Under the pieces are notes generated by a model. The model saw only the letters and a program-made list of their open reading frames with translations, was not told where the DNA came from and made no database searches. A stretch of 64,000 nucleotides of DNA from positions 17,112,001-17,176,000 of the forward strand of contig CM126230.1 of the NCBI GenBank assembly GCA_052327205.1, in the 5' to 3' direction. Shown piece after piece: positions 1-13,021 of this stretch; position 1 is the first letter of the stretch; every line of letters starts with the position of its first letter. The DNA is from Somniosus microcephalus. Lineage: Eukaryota. The position numbers were made by a program, and so were the translations under genes.

Positions 1-1407
1 TACATTGATGACTGTATCGGTGCCGTTTCCTGCTCTCGCCCCGAACTTGACAATTTCATTCACTTTGCCTCCAATTTCCACCCTTCCCTCACCTTCACAT
101 GGTCCATCTCTGACTCTTGCCTTCCCTTCCTCGACTTCTCCGTCTCCATCTCTGGGGATAGGTTATCGACCAATATTTACTACAAGCCCACTGACTCCCA
201 CAGCTACCTGGACTACACTTCCTCCCACCCCGCTTCCTGTAAGGACTCTATTCCATTCTCCCAGTTTCTCCGCCTCCGCCGTATCTGCTCCGACGATGCC
301 ACCTTCCACACCAGTGCTTCAGACATGTCTTCCTTTTTCCGCAACCGAGGATTCCCCTCTACCGTGGTTGACACTGCCCTCGACCGTGTCAGTTCTATCT
401 CCCGCACCTCTGCCCTCACCCCTGCCCCTCCCTCCCGGAACCACGATAGGGTTCCCCTTGTCCTCACCTTTCACCCCACCAGCCTCCACATTCAACGGAT
501 CATCCTCCGGCATTTCCGCTACCTCCAAAGTGATCCCACCACCAAACGTATCTTCCCCTCCCCTCCCCTTTCAGCATTCCGCAGGGACCGCTCTCTCCGA
601 GACACCCTAGTCCACTCCTCTATCACCCCTAACAGCCCTTCCCCTTCGCCTGGCACCTTCCCGTGCAAGCGGAGGAGATGTAACACCTGCCCCTATACCT
701 CCCCCCTCCCCACTGTCCAGGGCCCCAAACACCCCTTCCAGGTGAAACAGCGATTTACTTGTACTTCTCGCAATCTAGTATACTGTATTCGCTGCTCACG
801 ATGCGGTCTCCTCTACATTGGGGAGACCAAACGCAGATTGGGTGACCGCTTTGCGGAACACCTCCGTTCAGTCCGTAAGGGTGACCCCGAGCTTCCGGTC
901 GCCTGTCATTTCAATTCACCGCTCCATTCCCACTCGGACCTCACCGTCCTTGGCCTCTTGTACTGTTCCACGGAAGCTCAACGTAAACTCGAGGAACAGC
1001 ACCTCCTCTTCCGATTAGGCACTCTGCAGCCTTCCGGTCTCAATATCGAGTTCAACAATTTCAGATCATAACCTCGGCCCCCATTTCATTTTCACTTATA
1101 TTTTTCCACTCCTTCCTTTCCCCCCCCCCCCCTTTCCTTTTGTTTCTCTCTCACACCTGGCAGCTATCTTTTGCCCTGCCAGTACACTTTACACCTAATC
1201 ACAGCCTATTACCATCTCGTCTAGCTTCTAATCTCTTTTACTTCTTTTGGTTCTTTTATTCTTTTGTCCGATCGCAGCCCTGCCTTCGATCTAGTTCCTT
1301 TTCTCTCCAGTTTTGAAGAAGGGTCAAACCCGAAACGTCAACTCAAATTTCTCTCCACGGATGTTGCCTGACTTGCTGAGTTTTTCCAGCATTTTCTGTT
1401 GTTATTT
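1..1407 (+). mobile_element. Penelope-like retroelement, 3' part (RT C-terminus, GIY-YIG endonuclease, pseudo-LTR tail)
   Basis: Frame 1 is open from 1 to 1071: YIDD at 1-12, LPFLD, YKPTDSHSYL, CKRRRCNTC Zn knuckle, VYCIRC...LYIGET GIY-YIG. The tail contains a hammerhead-like motif. Confidence 0.93.
1309..1343 (+). ncRNA. Minimal type-I hammerhead ribozyme motif with C3U core change
   Basis: Stem I AGTT/AACT; core TTGAAGA; stem II GGGT/ACCC; GAAA; palindromic ACGT stem III; GUC triplet. Confidence 0.65.
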
Positions 1408-3796
1408 ATAATCTAGTGACAAGCCAAACTGAGAGTTTGGGGTGTGCCTGGCCTTCAGTACAGTGGAACCATCAGTGCAAAGTGGTTTTGCTTCTCAGTT
1501 CTGGATACAGAATATGATTCCTTTGATATGACCAACATAACAAAAACAGATTATCTGGTCATTTTCACATTGCTGTTTGTGGGAGCTTGCTGTGCGTAAA
1601 TTGGCTGCACGTTTCCCATATTACAACAGTGACTCCACTTCAGAAGGTACTTCATTGGCTGTAAAGCACTTTGAGACGTCCGGTGGTCGTGAAAGGCGCC
1701 ATATAAAATGCAACTCTTTCTTTTCTTTGATCTGTGCTGGTAACATCTTTCTACGTAACTAGAACCATCATATCTTACGAGTGCTAAGCTTTTAGCCACA
1801 AACTTGTACAGATACACAAATAAGCAAACCTTAACTTTGAAGTAGTTTAGTCATTTCAGTTTTTAGTGTTATTATTAGAATTCTAGAGGATTTTTCAACA
1901 TATTCAGAAATTTAGTCAAATCACTGAATGCTGGATTAAAGAGATAAAGCAACCGATGCTTCATAAAAATAATTTAATAGCACAAAAGTGGTCACATTGT
2001 AGACCAGGAAGCCTCACAGAGGCCTGGACCTGTGTCAAACAGGTCTTGGAGCTTTAATGTGGCTGAATCTTTTTTTGATAGCTTCCCCATCTATTCCAGT
2101 TGGTTGACCTATGTCATATCTGTCCCTAGTTGGTCCAGTCCCATATCAGTAGGAATAATGGAAGCTTTCTTAAACTTCTCTGCAGTATCCCTAGTTAACT
2201 GCATCGCCAGGCAATCTGATCTCAACTAGTAGGAGATGCACAAAGCATTCAAGCTCCAGTTATTCCCTCCCTGTGAGGAAGCGGCTAACCTCTGCTTGAC
2301 CGATCCTCATGGCAGGAACACTGATATTGGTAACTCACCAAAACAATCAATATACAATTTTCAAATCATCTCATTTCAATATGGGTGATGATTCATTACA
2401 CGAAAAGTGAATACTGCCCTATTTCCGTGCTTGAAGAGATTTAGGAGTTGGTTCCTGCAAGACTGATTGATGTTTTAAAGTTTGCTCATCCAGTTACCAT
2501 CCCCAAAATGGAGATGGATGTAGCCACATCACCTCCCATACCGTTGTAGATTTGAAAGGCCCAAGCTATCGTGATGTCTGATTAATTGGACCTTTTGCAT
2601 CAAAATTCTAACCTTTTCTTTGTCCTGCAAGACATTTTTAAATAATCTACCAGTGCAATCAAAGAGCCCAAGAGGAAGTGATTATTCTAAAATAGTTCCG
2701 ATTTAACAATGAAAGGAAGCAATTAGTTTGTGATTAACTTGTCCTATGTCCTGTCTCTCAATAGCCCAGAATGTTGAGACCACATATGTGTGGTTTTTAA
2801 ACTTAATGCAATCATTTCAAGGACTTCAGAAAGCACGGCTCTGATATGTTCCTTTGAATAAGTGCATTTTATTAGTGTGTGTGTCTGGTGCGTGTGTATA
2901 TAATATTTTGAAAGCTGCTTTGAAAACTTTGGAAAGTTAGTCATTGAAGTCTTAAACTTTCTTAAGCACGAGGATAATGTGCTTGTGTTTGGAAATTAGA
3001 GAAAGGCCTGATGCAATGGAAGCAATTGAACTTCCTTTATATTCTTGTCACTTGGCTTTTCTACATATTTGTTCTCTGGATGACACCAGTAGCATTTCTT
3101 GCCCATCCCTAATTGCCCCATGGGCATTAAGAGGCAAACACATAATGTGGGACTGAGTCACATAAGCCAGACCGCAAGAGAAGGCAGGTTCCAGTTTTGT
3201 TTTATTAAAACAGCAATCCAGCAACTTTCATGGTCATTTTCTCTGGTGTCAGCCCACAAATTACTGAATTCAATTTCCCAACTTGCCAAGGATTTGAACT
3301 CATGACCCCTGGGTTGCCAGTCCAGTTGCTGCCGAGGCTTATTTAGTGTATTGATACCAATGCATTATAGGAAAATGTGACGCCAACCTATACAATTTAA
3401 TGTTGTCTTCCATGTTTCTTGTGAGCTTACCCTTAATTCATAACCTTGAGTTACTACACCTCTAGTGACAGACCTGTAACCACCAGTACTCGAGCCTAGG
3501 ATATAAGTGGTAGTGTTATATAGGATGTAAGCAGCAATGAGCCTTTTGTTAATAACAACAACAGCTTCCATTTATTTAGCACCTTTTAACGTAGAAAAAA
3601 TGTCCAATGCGAATAGTATGGGTTGCAACAGTGACGACTTTGTTAGTTTATGCCATGCCACCTTGCCACTGAAAGAAAAGCATGGCAGTAATTGTGGGGG
3701 CATCTATAAATAAAGTGTAAAATTGATGTGCTAACTGATTTAACTTTTACAATATTACAATACCCTAATAACTATTTTTATTCTTTCTCTATAAAG

Positions 3797-3934
3797 GTCA
3801 GAATCCTGACAGCATGCTTATGGGAACAGGCATGAAGGCAAATGGTGCCACAGTAGCACCTGAAGATGCAGAGCCAAGGCTTCACTGTTACTGTTCTGGT
3901 CACTGTGCGACCGAGGAAGGAACAATACATGCAA
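3797..3934 (+). CDS. BMPR1A: BMPR1A coding exon, N-terminal ectodomain (GQNPDSMLMGTGMK...LHCYCSGHC...NNTC); 1 nt short, apparent frameshift
   Basis: Acceptor ttctctataaag|GT at 3796/3797 and donor aa|gtgagt at 3934/3935. Translation matches BMPR1A GQNLDSMLHGTGMK...CYCSGHC, but NNTC lies in a different frame. Confidence 0.9.
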
Positions 3935-4813
3935 GTGAGTTACTGCACTGTCTGTCAGTTGTGGGAGAAAAGCCACAGTTTTCACAATGCAAAAGCTGTA
4001 AAGTGAGGCAGTACGAAAGATGTATTGTCATGAGCATTAATAAAATGGACAAGTGCATTGCTCCTATTAAACTTTTATAATTTTGTTTTATAATTGATGT
4101 TTAGCCAGGGCAATTAATGTTAAAATATTGCAGTCCACCAGGACTAAGTCCATTGCTACATATGTTTAGAAGTGTAGTTGGAATATCTACCCTCTGTTTA
4201 TAGAGTAGTGAAAAGCTATGCAATGTTAACCAAGTGGGAAGAAAAGTGGAGCGATTACGCGTTAAGCTCATAGGTACGATCCTGGTAGCCACGCATTTTA
4301 ATGATTGGTGTAGCTCTGGTCTGTGGTTCAGTTATCGCAGCTTTTACTGAACTGAAAATGCACTCCTGCTACCTCACAACCTTCAGTAAATGGTTTTAAA
4401 TGTTTCTGTTGTTACTTGCCAGTTTTAGCCCTTTTTGTAGCACAGGTTTTTCAGTATGCTGTGATAGTGTCTTCTCTTATGGCAGTGAATTTCATTTAAG
4501 TAATGTCAAATGACGTTTATTATTTTAACTTAAAGCAGCAGCAAATCTAGTTTTAGATCCCTAACTTTTGTTTAATGTGCTTTTGTTTTGGTAGTTGCCT
4601 GCAGATAATGTTGAGACAGTGTTCCATATATAGCAGGCCAGCGACTGCATGTGTCATGGGGGTCACCTGGATGCTAACGCTGCTACACCTTTTAATTGTT
4701 TAGGTTTAGTAGAGAATGTTGTAGAGCAAAGGCTTAGTGTCTTGATTATATATCTCATCTTCATTCTACAACTCCTTAGTGTAACATATCCCACTTTCAT
4801 TATAACATTGTGG

Positions 4814-5014
4814 TGTGGAGATGCCGGTGTTGGACTGGGGTGGACAAATGTAAGAAATCACACAACACCAGGTTATAGTCCAACAGCTTTATTTGAAATC
4901 ACAAGCTTTCGGAGCGCTGCTCCTTCATCACCTGACGAAGGAGCAGCGCTCCGAAAGCTTGTGATTTCCAATAAAACTGTTGGACTATAACCTGGTGTTG
5001 TGTGACTTCTTACA
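4814..5014. mobile_element. Palindromic non-autonomous Penelope pseudo-LTR-derived element with target-site duplication
   Basis: Inverted arms 4847-4930 and 4933-5016; direct repeat CATTATAACATTGTGG at 4798-4813 and 5013-5028. Confidence 0.8.
4927..4965 (+). ncRNA. Minimal type-I hammerhead ribozyme
   Basis: Stem I ATCAC/GTGAT; core CTGACGA 4932-4938; stem II GGAGC/GCTCC; GAAA 4953-4956; palindromic AGCT stem III; CUU triplet ending at 4960. Confidence 0.78.
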
Positions 5015-5280
5015 TTATAACATTGTGGCACACACCTTCTGTTCTTCTGATTCTGACCATCTTCCATTCCACCATTGGTGACAGAGCTTTCCGTTGTTGG
5101 AGCCCTAAAATCTGGTATTGTCTCGCTAAGTTGCCCTCCTTGCTACATCACTTATCACCTTTGAAATCCTCCTCAAAACCTTCCTGTTTAACCACGCCTT
5201 CCCTCACCTCCCCTATTTCTTCTACTCCTGCCCGTTGTCCATTCTCTGTTCTTCGGATGGTTACTATGTTAAAGGCACTA

Positions 5281-5619
5281 CAGGAAACTCTTTGGTATCC
5301 GGCACCGATGGGACCAGGATGGTGCCGGTTGATTAAAAATTCCGGATGACGGAGAGGGTTATCTACCGAGGCTATTTTTAACAAACAAAAATTTTAAAAA
5401 TCAAGAAATGTGCAGTATACAGTAATTGGACTGCCGACAGCGCCAAGAAGCCGAGTAGTGGCAGTTTGAAGAACTACCCCCACTGACTAACTCGGCCACC
5501 GCGGGAGACTCGGACTCGGCAACATTTCTGGTTATTGAGGTGTTGTTTTCGGAGTATGAATTTTGCTGGTTAATGGAGAATTCCGGATATTTAGGTGCCG
5601 TTTAAACGAGAGTTTCCTG
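5281..5619 (+). mobile_element. Tc1/mariner-pogo-type MITE (family A, divergent interior)
   Basis: TIR CAGGAAACTC...GAGTTTCCTG, flanked by TA on both sides. Confidence 0.85.
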
Positions 5620-7453
5620 TACCTAGATACAAGTTTTTGTTAAGTTTAACTGTTATAAGACTAGTGTACCTTTGCTTGCTAAAATTGTCGTTCTACTACC
5701 AAAAGCTGATGATCAAAATTCTCCTTTTAAATTATATATTTACAAACAGAAATAATGTCAAATAAATTCAGAAAATGGTTTAAATTGATAGTATCATTAT
5801 TGAATATTGATGTCATGTTGGGCTTAAACTTAACCGTGGGCCATGAGATCACACGACCATGTCAATGTCCACAGGAGAAAAAAAACACCAAGCCGATTTT
5901 AAAAGGTTGCCAGACTGTCACCCCCTCTTGTCGATAGTCCCAGCACCCTCCATCATATTATAAAAATATCATATGTTCAAGTAAAAATAAGAGTGGATGC
6001 TTCATAGTTTTAAAATTAATTCCTTTCTATTGAAGCATTTACAGCATATTTTTGGTTCTTTCTCCCATTATTTATTTGCCTCAGAGATACAAGGCATTTT
6101 TCTGTCCTCTCATTTCTAGTTGGAATTAATTCCTTTATTTAAAATCTTTTTGGGAAATATTACTCTATCCCGAAACAACAACTTCCTTAATAGCATTTTT
6201 AAATAATCCGCAACGAAAACTCAGCAGTTGTGTCCAATGGTCCTTACCCCAGCCCACCTTTAGTCTGCAGCCATCTCTCCATAAATTCTCTGACTTTGCC
6301 TGACTTGTGGCGTGAAGGCAGGTTTTCTCCAATAATAATAATTTGTATTTAGTTGTATAGTTTTGATAATTCTATACAGCTGCACCAAATATAACATTTT
6401 GCATACCCCTGAGTTTTCAGTCCCGTTCTTGCTATGGTCAAGATTAAATCCAGTCAAAAAATGTAAATGAAACCACGCCACACTCCCTCCTGCTGTGTAC
6501 TGCGCTATGGGTAATATAGGTCTGTCTGATTGATTGATTGTTCGTTTACTGGATCAGTTTACCTATGGCTGTGAGCCTATGGTGAGGAGTAGAACTGTGT
6601 ATTTGTCCCACTGGCACTTAACGCAATGTCACATAAATAGCCTCACGATGTAGGCTGTTCAGGTGATTATACTAACATCCCAGTTACAGAATTTTTAGAG
6701 CTATGACATGCACATTTTGAAGCCGAGAGGGAGTATGCTTCACAATACTTGATGGTATGAGGTGTGGCTTACCTACTGAGCAGCGTAGGAGATGCTTACT
6801 TGCTTGGCATTTTACAACCATAATGAAACAGCTTTATGTTGCACTAAACTTGTTGCTTTGTAGTCATTTTTTGTTTCTACTAAAAAATTGAGGGGAAATG
6901 TCACAGAAGTTGGGACGGGATGAATACAAATGATGAATACAGTTGAATACTTGGATAGGTATATGGAAAAGCTTACACCTGAAAAAGGTGAAGTACGATT
7001 GTCTTATTGACATTTTTATTGCAGCTGTCAGTTTTTGAAATCTAATTTAAGTTCTTCAGCGGATTGAATCCTCCACATGCTGGTGGAGTTTTCTGCCCTG
7101 GGCCACACACTATGCTGAGAGGAGCGAACACACCGAGCTCTTTTGAGATGTGATGACACATTATGGGGCCTTGTACATGTGTTTTCCTCCCTGTCACAAG
7201 ACATTATAAAAGTCAAAATCCTGCCACCTCCGCCCTCGCCCCCAGCAAGGGTTTTAGACTGCTTTCCACCTCTGGCACTGTCAATATCTCGAACTGCTTG
7301 ACTGATTGATATCTCTTTTGTGACTATTTTGCATGACCATTAAATTGTTCTTTTAAGTAGATTTCTGTTTTTTTGTTATTTTCTTCATATTTACCTCTGT
7401 GTCCTTTCCAAAATGTCTTCTGCATGCATCAAATATCCTTGAAGGAGAGTCTT

Positions 7454-8300
7454 AAGTCTGGAACTTTCTCAACAGGGGCGGGGTGCCTCCGAGGCGGGCG
7501 GGAAACCTGGGAGGCCGGGTTTCCCACAGGCCCTGCCGACTTTAATGGCAGGGCCTGATTAGAATGTGAGGCCTCGGCATCCCGCCCGCAGCCAGCCAGA
7601 TTGAGCGGCTGGCTAGCTGCGGGTGGGTAGGCATCAGATGCGAGGGGTCGGTCCAAGGTGGGGATCGGGGGGGGGGGGGGTCAGACGGGTATCGGGAGGG
7701 GGTTGGAGGATCGGCAGGGGCTCGGGGATCGGAAGGGGAGTTTGATCGGGGATCGGCAAGGGCTAGGTCAGGGATTGGAGTCGGCCAGGAATCGGGAGGG
7801 GGGGTCGAGGATCACGGGTGGGGCGGGGGGCTTCGGCCGGGGATCGGCAGGGGGCTAGAGAGGATTGGGGCCAGCCACCGGAGGATTGTGGCCAGCCTCA
7901 GCATCATCGGTGGCGTGGTGGGAGAGTGCCTGGGGAGGCAATCAAGGCTGCGAGGGGTGGGTTAGGTCGGGACCCTGGATCCAGGAGGTAGATATTAAGC
8001 CACTTGCCTCCTGGATGCAGTAGTCCCCACTTTGGTTTAACTGCTGGGTTTTACGAACCCGTCCACAGGTAGTTAAATTCAAAATGGAGGTGAAAAAAAG
8101 AGGCTTCCAGCATCATTATATTTAAATTAAGGTACCGCCCCCTGGGAACGGGTTGGCTGCTCACCCCCATCCCACCTCCGTTAAAACCGGAAGTGGGCGG
8201 GTTGGAGGTGCAATCGGGTCGGGAATTCCATTTTTAACAATTTAACTACCGCCATGCTCCAAACCCACCCGCTTTTTTTTTAAGGGGAAAATTCCGGCCT
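7454..8300. mobile_element. GC-rich non-autonomous TIR element (family C)
   Basis: Degenerate TIR (AAGTCTGGAACTTTC / GAAAATTCCGGCCT); G-rich core; internal blocks shared with 13022-13700. Confidence 0.55.
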
Positions 8301-11167
8301 AATTTTCTCTGTGGCCGATAGGTATGATCTCTGTTAAAGTGCCTACCTGCGAGACATGACATAGTGAACTGTAATGTGTGCCTTAGCTTCTCTATGGGAA
8401 CGCACACAGTCCAATTCAGCAAGATAATTCAAGGCTACAAAGATTTGTAGGGCTCACCTGGCTTCCAGCAGTAGTGACCCAATGCCTGTCAGTAACTGCT
8501 TTATTAGGCACCACTGAACTGTTGTGCTCTTCAAATCTTTGTCTCATGACCTCATCCTGCTTAAACACAAACCTTTGAAAACTAGCAGCTCTTAAGAGGA
8601 ATCAGTGATCTGATTCTCCTGCAGACTGGCATTGGAGAATGCGACATTGAGAATGGAATCTTCTTCAACAACTATCTTTTCTGCCTTTTATATTGGGCCC
8701 ACTTTCAGCACTGGCCCCATCCTCAGCTCTGTTCCGACACCTGACTCCAACCCCGCCCTGGTACCGATTCCAACTTCTATGCCAAGTCTGTCCTTTGTAT
8801 CAATACAGCTCCCACTCCCCAAGTTCACCCAGCCAGCTTGCCTCTTAACTGTTGTATGGGGTAGTGATGTGGGGTTCCGTTCAGCACAATCCCATTGGTG
8901 CAGACCAAAGAACCGTATCAATGGCATTCGGTCCCAATTTAATTTCAAACTCTTAAGCCGTCAAAAGGAAATTCCATACATTACTAAACAATTTGAGAAC
9001 ACAACGCTGGGAGAGCTTCTTCGAGGGACACATTAGTTTCAAAGGGGAACTCCCTCACTTAGCTCTTCTGTATAGTCCATTCTCTCAGCTGGCATCTCTG
9101 TTTTATAGTTTCCAGCGTGTAAACATTCTCTTGCTACCAATTGAACTCAAGCATCTACTTGTACAGCTTCTACCTACCAGATCTTCATCTAGTTTACCTG
9201 CTACTACCCTAACCAATTCATCTTCATGGGCTAGAGATTTGTCTTCCTTTACTGATTTGTCTTCCCCTGAATAGTAACATAGTTTTATACCCCAACTGGT
9301 GGCAAGTGTGATGAATTTTAATGCTGCTCAGCCAGTATTGATTCCCCCTCCAGAAGTCACATCTCAAATTACATCCACTGGGAATCGGAATTAGAGTTGA
9401 GAGGAAAGGATGTTGTTGCAGTATCTTTCTGATCCAGTTCGACAGGACTAGAAGATAAGGAAGGATGCTGTTTGTTTTTATGCCAGGATTGTACAGAGTC
9501 CAGATGTATCCAGTACAGACACATCTCAATTGAGGATTGAGCCATTACTCCAAATAGACCAAGTTTGTCCTGCATCTTTCCTTGGGTGCTATCAACTGGA
9601 AACAGGAAGGGTGTGCAAAAGTTAGTCCTGGTGGCAGATAACTTCTATTGGGTCCATAGTGCCAGTAGAGCCTCCCTTGTTCTGCACCTCTTGAGCATTC
9701 ATTGTGGTTGCTTCAGTACTGCAGAAATTCAGGAAGCAAATTCTATTCCTCCAGAGCATAAACTGAGATGCTTAGACTTGGGGGCATCAGATGTTTGCAC
9801 AGGACACATCTCATTGAAAGTAGCCTTTCACTAGACTTACTGTGGTGATTTTTGCTACCAGAGAGCTTTTCAGCTGGAAGCCTTTGCTAAAGTCATCATG
9901 GAATACTTTAATGAACAAGTGGTGTGCTTGATTGAGGATCCAGTCAAATACGAAAACGGGTTGTCAAGTATCCTTATGTTGCCTGCTCCCCTGTACATCT
10001 GCTCCTAAGATTCTTGCCCCAAATGGTGCCTCATTTTCATTTAAATAAAAAAATTATCATTACTAATTTCTGTTCCACCCCCCTTTCTTCACCAGTCAGA
10101 ATTTGATGCGTTTTCTTATTGCCAACCGTACAGAATCCCTCTGCAAACCTAGTCAACTATTTGCCTCCTACCGCTGCAGGACATTGGGCAAACTGATTAC
10201 AAAATTGTGGTTTCCCAATGGCCTATAAGAATGCTTTTTGCACTGTTAACACTTTGCTTGCAGGCACTGTGAAAGCCATTCCACCCAATCCACAGTTACT
10301 TCTCGTACAGCTTTAAAGCAAGGTATTTGTTAAGCAGCTGCTTAATCACAACACCATAAAACACTTTTACCTGAGGCTTCACTGCCCAGTGAGTTTTATT
10401 GGCTGTAATTGCATCCTCTTCTCAAGGCCTCCCCTCCCTCTAGTCTTGTATGACTTTGATCGTCTCCAGTGATATGCAGAGACTGTGATCTTCCAAAGAC
10501 AGTTTACCTACCATTGGTAGTCATCTTCTGGAAAGTATCTTTCAAGTACAGTATCAGGTGCCTTCTCAACCAGCTCCTTTGGCTTTGATGGTCATCAGCC
10601 CCATTATGGGCACTAGTGGGCAAAATAGATAGCAAGCAAGGGATAAGGGCTTTCCATTTTATAATATGTAGGGTGGGGGGAAAAAATACATGGATACAAC
10701 CCCACACTGTGACATCATTACCTCTCAAAACATTGAGGTGATCTCTATGTATGCCGCTTTACCAGGAAAGCATGATCTGGTGTGGATCATTCCAGCCACA
10801 TGAAGGATACCTCTTGGAGGAAGGTTCAACTGAAGAGAGGTAATCTCTTTGTGACATGCATGCGCATATGAAGGTTGACCTCCCAGTTCTCAGCCTGTGC
10901 ATGCTTGACTTTCTTTCCTTCTCCCCATCTCCCACCACCCCCCCCCCCCCCAAAATACTTCTACATACTGAAGCTGTCATCCTTGTCCTCAGCATACATT
11001 TGGCTCTGATTCTCTAACTGTGTCTCCAGGCACATGGTATATGTCTATATTTTTCAATGTGTTCAATTAGTACCAAAAGCTAACTGATAAAACTGACACA
11101 TCCACTTAATTTTGCTTACCTAAATATCACATCAAGTCTTACTAATTTATTTATTTTTATAATGCAG

Positions 11168-11270
11168 AACAAATGGAAACTGTTTTGCCATTATTGAAGA
11201 GGACGAAAATGGAGAAATTGGCTTCAGCTCTGGCTGCATGAGGTTAGAAGGAGCAGATTTCCAGTGCAAG
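11168..11270 (+). CDS. BMPR1A: BMPR1A exon, ectodomain ([34 protein letters not shown])
   Basis: atgcag|A ... AAG|gtaag; 103 nt; activin-receptor-type Cys pattern and DFQC ligand-binding motif. Confidence 0.96.
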
Positions 11271-13021
11271 GTAAGACCAACACTGTAAAGTAAGGATCTC
11301 AATCTCTACTATAGCATTGTATTATAATATGTACCACTCTTCATGAATAGCCAGCCTGATGACTCAATTATGGAACTATAGGCATATCTGCAAAAAAATA
11401 GTCCTGTATGCCTTATTGTTTTCAGTTTTACTTTTTTAAGTTAATGCAAGATTTAAAATGTTCTGACCTGCCCCATATTTTAGGGAACATGAATGTTTGT
11501 ATTGAGTTGGCATAACCTAACACAGGTCACTATTTAGTCTCTTCATTGTTTTCTTTTGCATCGAGTCTGTTATCTACATTATGTCACTTTTTTACTTTTC
11601 ACAGCACTTCCAATTGAAAAGCATACAGATTAGTCATAGAGTTAGAGTTATACAGCACAGAAAGAGGCCCTTCGGCCCATCGCGTCCGCGCCGGCCATCA
11701 AGCCTTATCTAATCTAATCCCATTTTCCAGCATTTAGTCCGTAGCCTTGTATGCTATGGCATTTCAAGTGCTCATCCAAATGCTCTTGAATGTTGTGAGG
11801 GTTCCTGCCTCTACCACCCTTATCCTCTAATTGGTTGTCTACACATCATCCACTGCACTCTGATCACTAAATTGGACTAATCCATTCTTGCCACCTCATC
11901 TTCTCTTCAAATCTATAAGCAAGGTTTTGTATTCTGGCACCCGAGGATAAGAAATTTACCAACTCATTAATGATGGAAGATGCTCAATTCATTGCTGGTC
12001 CTCTTTGTCAGTACTAAAGCTTTACTCCTGTAATTTGTTCAAGGTACAGAACGCCCAGCAGGACTAGACTGAGATCCTATGCAGCAAGCCACTTAAATAT
12101 GATTCTCTCAGAAGCACACTTCCATAATTGGATATTTGTTTCTTCTGAATTGCACCTCCAAAATTGGTCAAAAACTACACTATGGTTCATCCAATCATAC
12201 CTATGGAGTAACTTTGTCCTGGATACAGTCATTTGGACCTAAACAATTGGAAACCCATTTAAGCTACCCAGTGAAGATCCTCTGAAAAAGAGAAACGGTA
12301 TAAACCCATTGTTTCAAAATGTGCCCCCCATCCTATATCCCTTCCTGTCCCTCACCCACTCATCCTCCCCTTCCCAAAATAAAAGCTCGATCCTGCGCAG
12401 AAGTACAGAATGTATCTCCCTATGGATTGCACTGTGAATTAACTATTCTAATAGTAGATGAAAACTGAGATGAAAAGCAAAAGTTAAAATTTCCTACAAA
12501 GTGCATATGATATGTATTGTACTAGGGAAGGACAGGCCTTTTATATAACTCAGACAACCTATCTATATTCTTCTCCCAGGTACTGTACAGCGGGCCTTCT
12601 TTATTTTTTAATTATACTTGGATATACTCTAGTTCATGTTTTTAAAACTTTTAGTTTTTGGTTTGCTAAATAGAAAGAAATCTTTGACTACTGTTAATCC
12701 AACACATTGTTCAGAAAGCTATCTAGCAGGTGAGTTCCATAACTGTATGAATTGTAATGGTTTGAGAGACTTCTATATTATCTTTATTTATGGCATATAT
12801 ACACGGTGAATCTGTTTTGGAAGAAGATTTGTTCTAGGTGTTAATTATACGTGGTCAAAGCATTAATAGATATGCAAGGTTTGAATGAGCTGTGAACATC
12901 TCATCTGTGAACAAAAATGATTCTTTGTGTTTTTGAACTTGATTGACAGCTCTTTGGAGTGGGAAATATACTGCAGACTTTTCTTTACCTTTAGTTCAGT
13001 TTAATTCCTGGAATTGACACT

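Noticed and set aside
5-610. 201-aa Pro/Ser/Thr-rich ORF
   Set aside because: Alternative frame of the C-rich Penelope-like RT region.
3011-3113. Hydrophobic ORF MQWKQLNFLYILVTWLFYIFVLW as a possible BMPR1A signal-peptide exon
   Set aside because: The nearby GT donor is weak and phase 0, but phase 1 is needed; joining to 3797 hits a stop. The 3' part overlaps repeat-like sequence.
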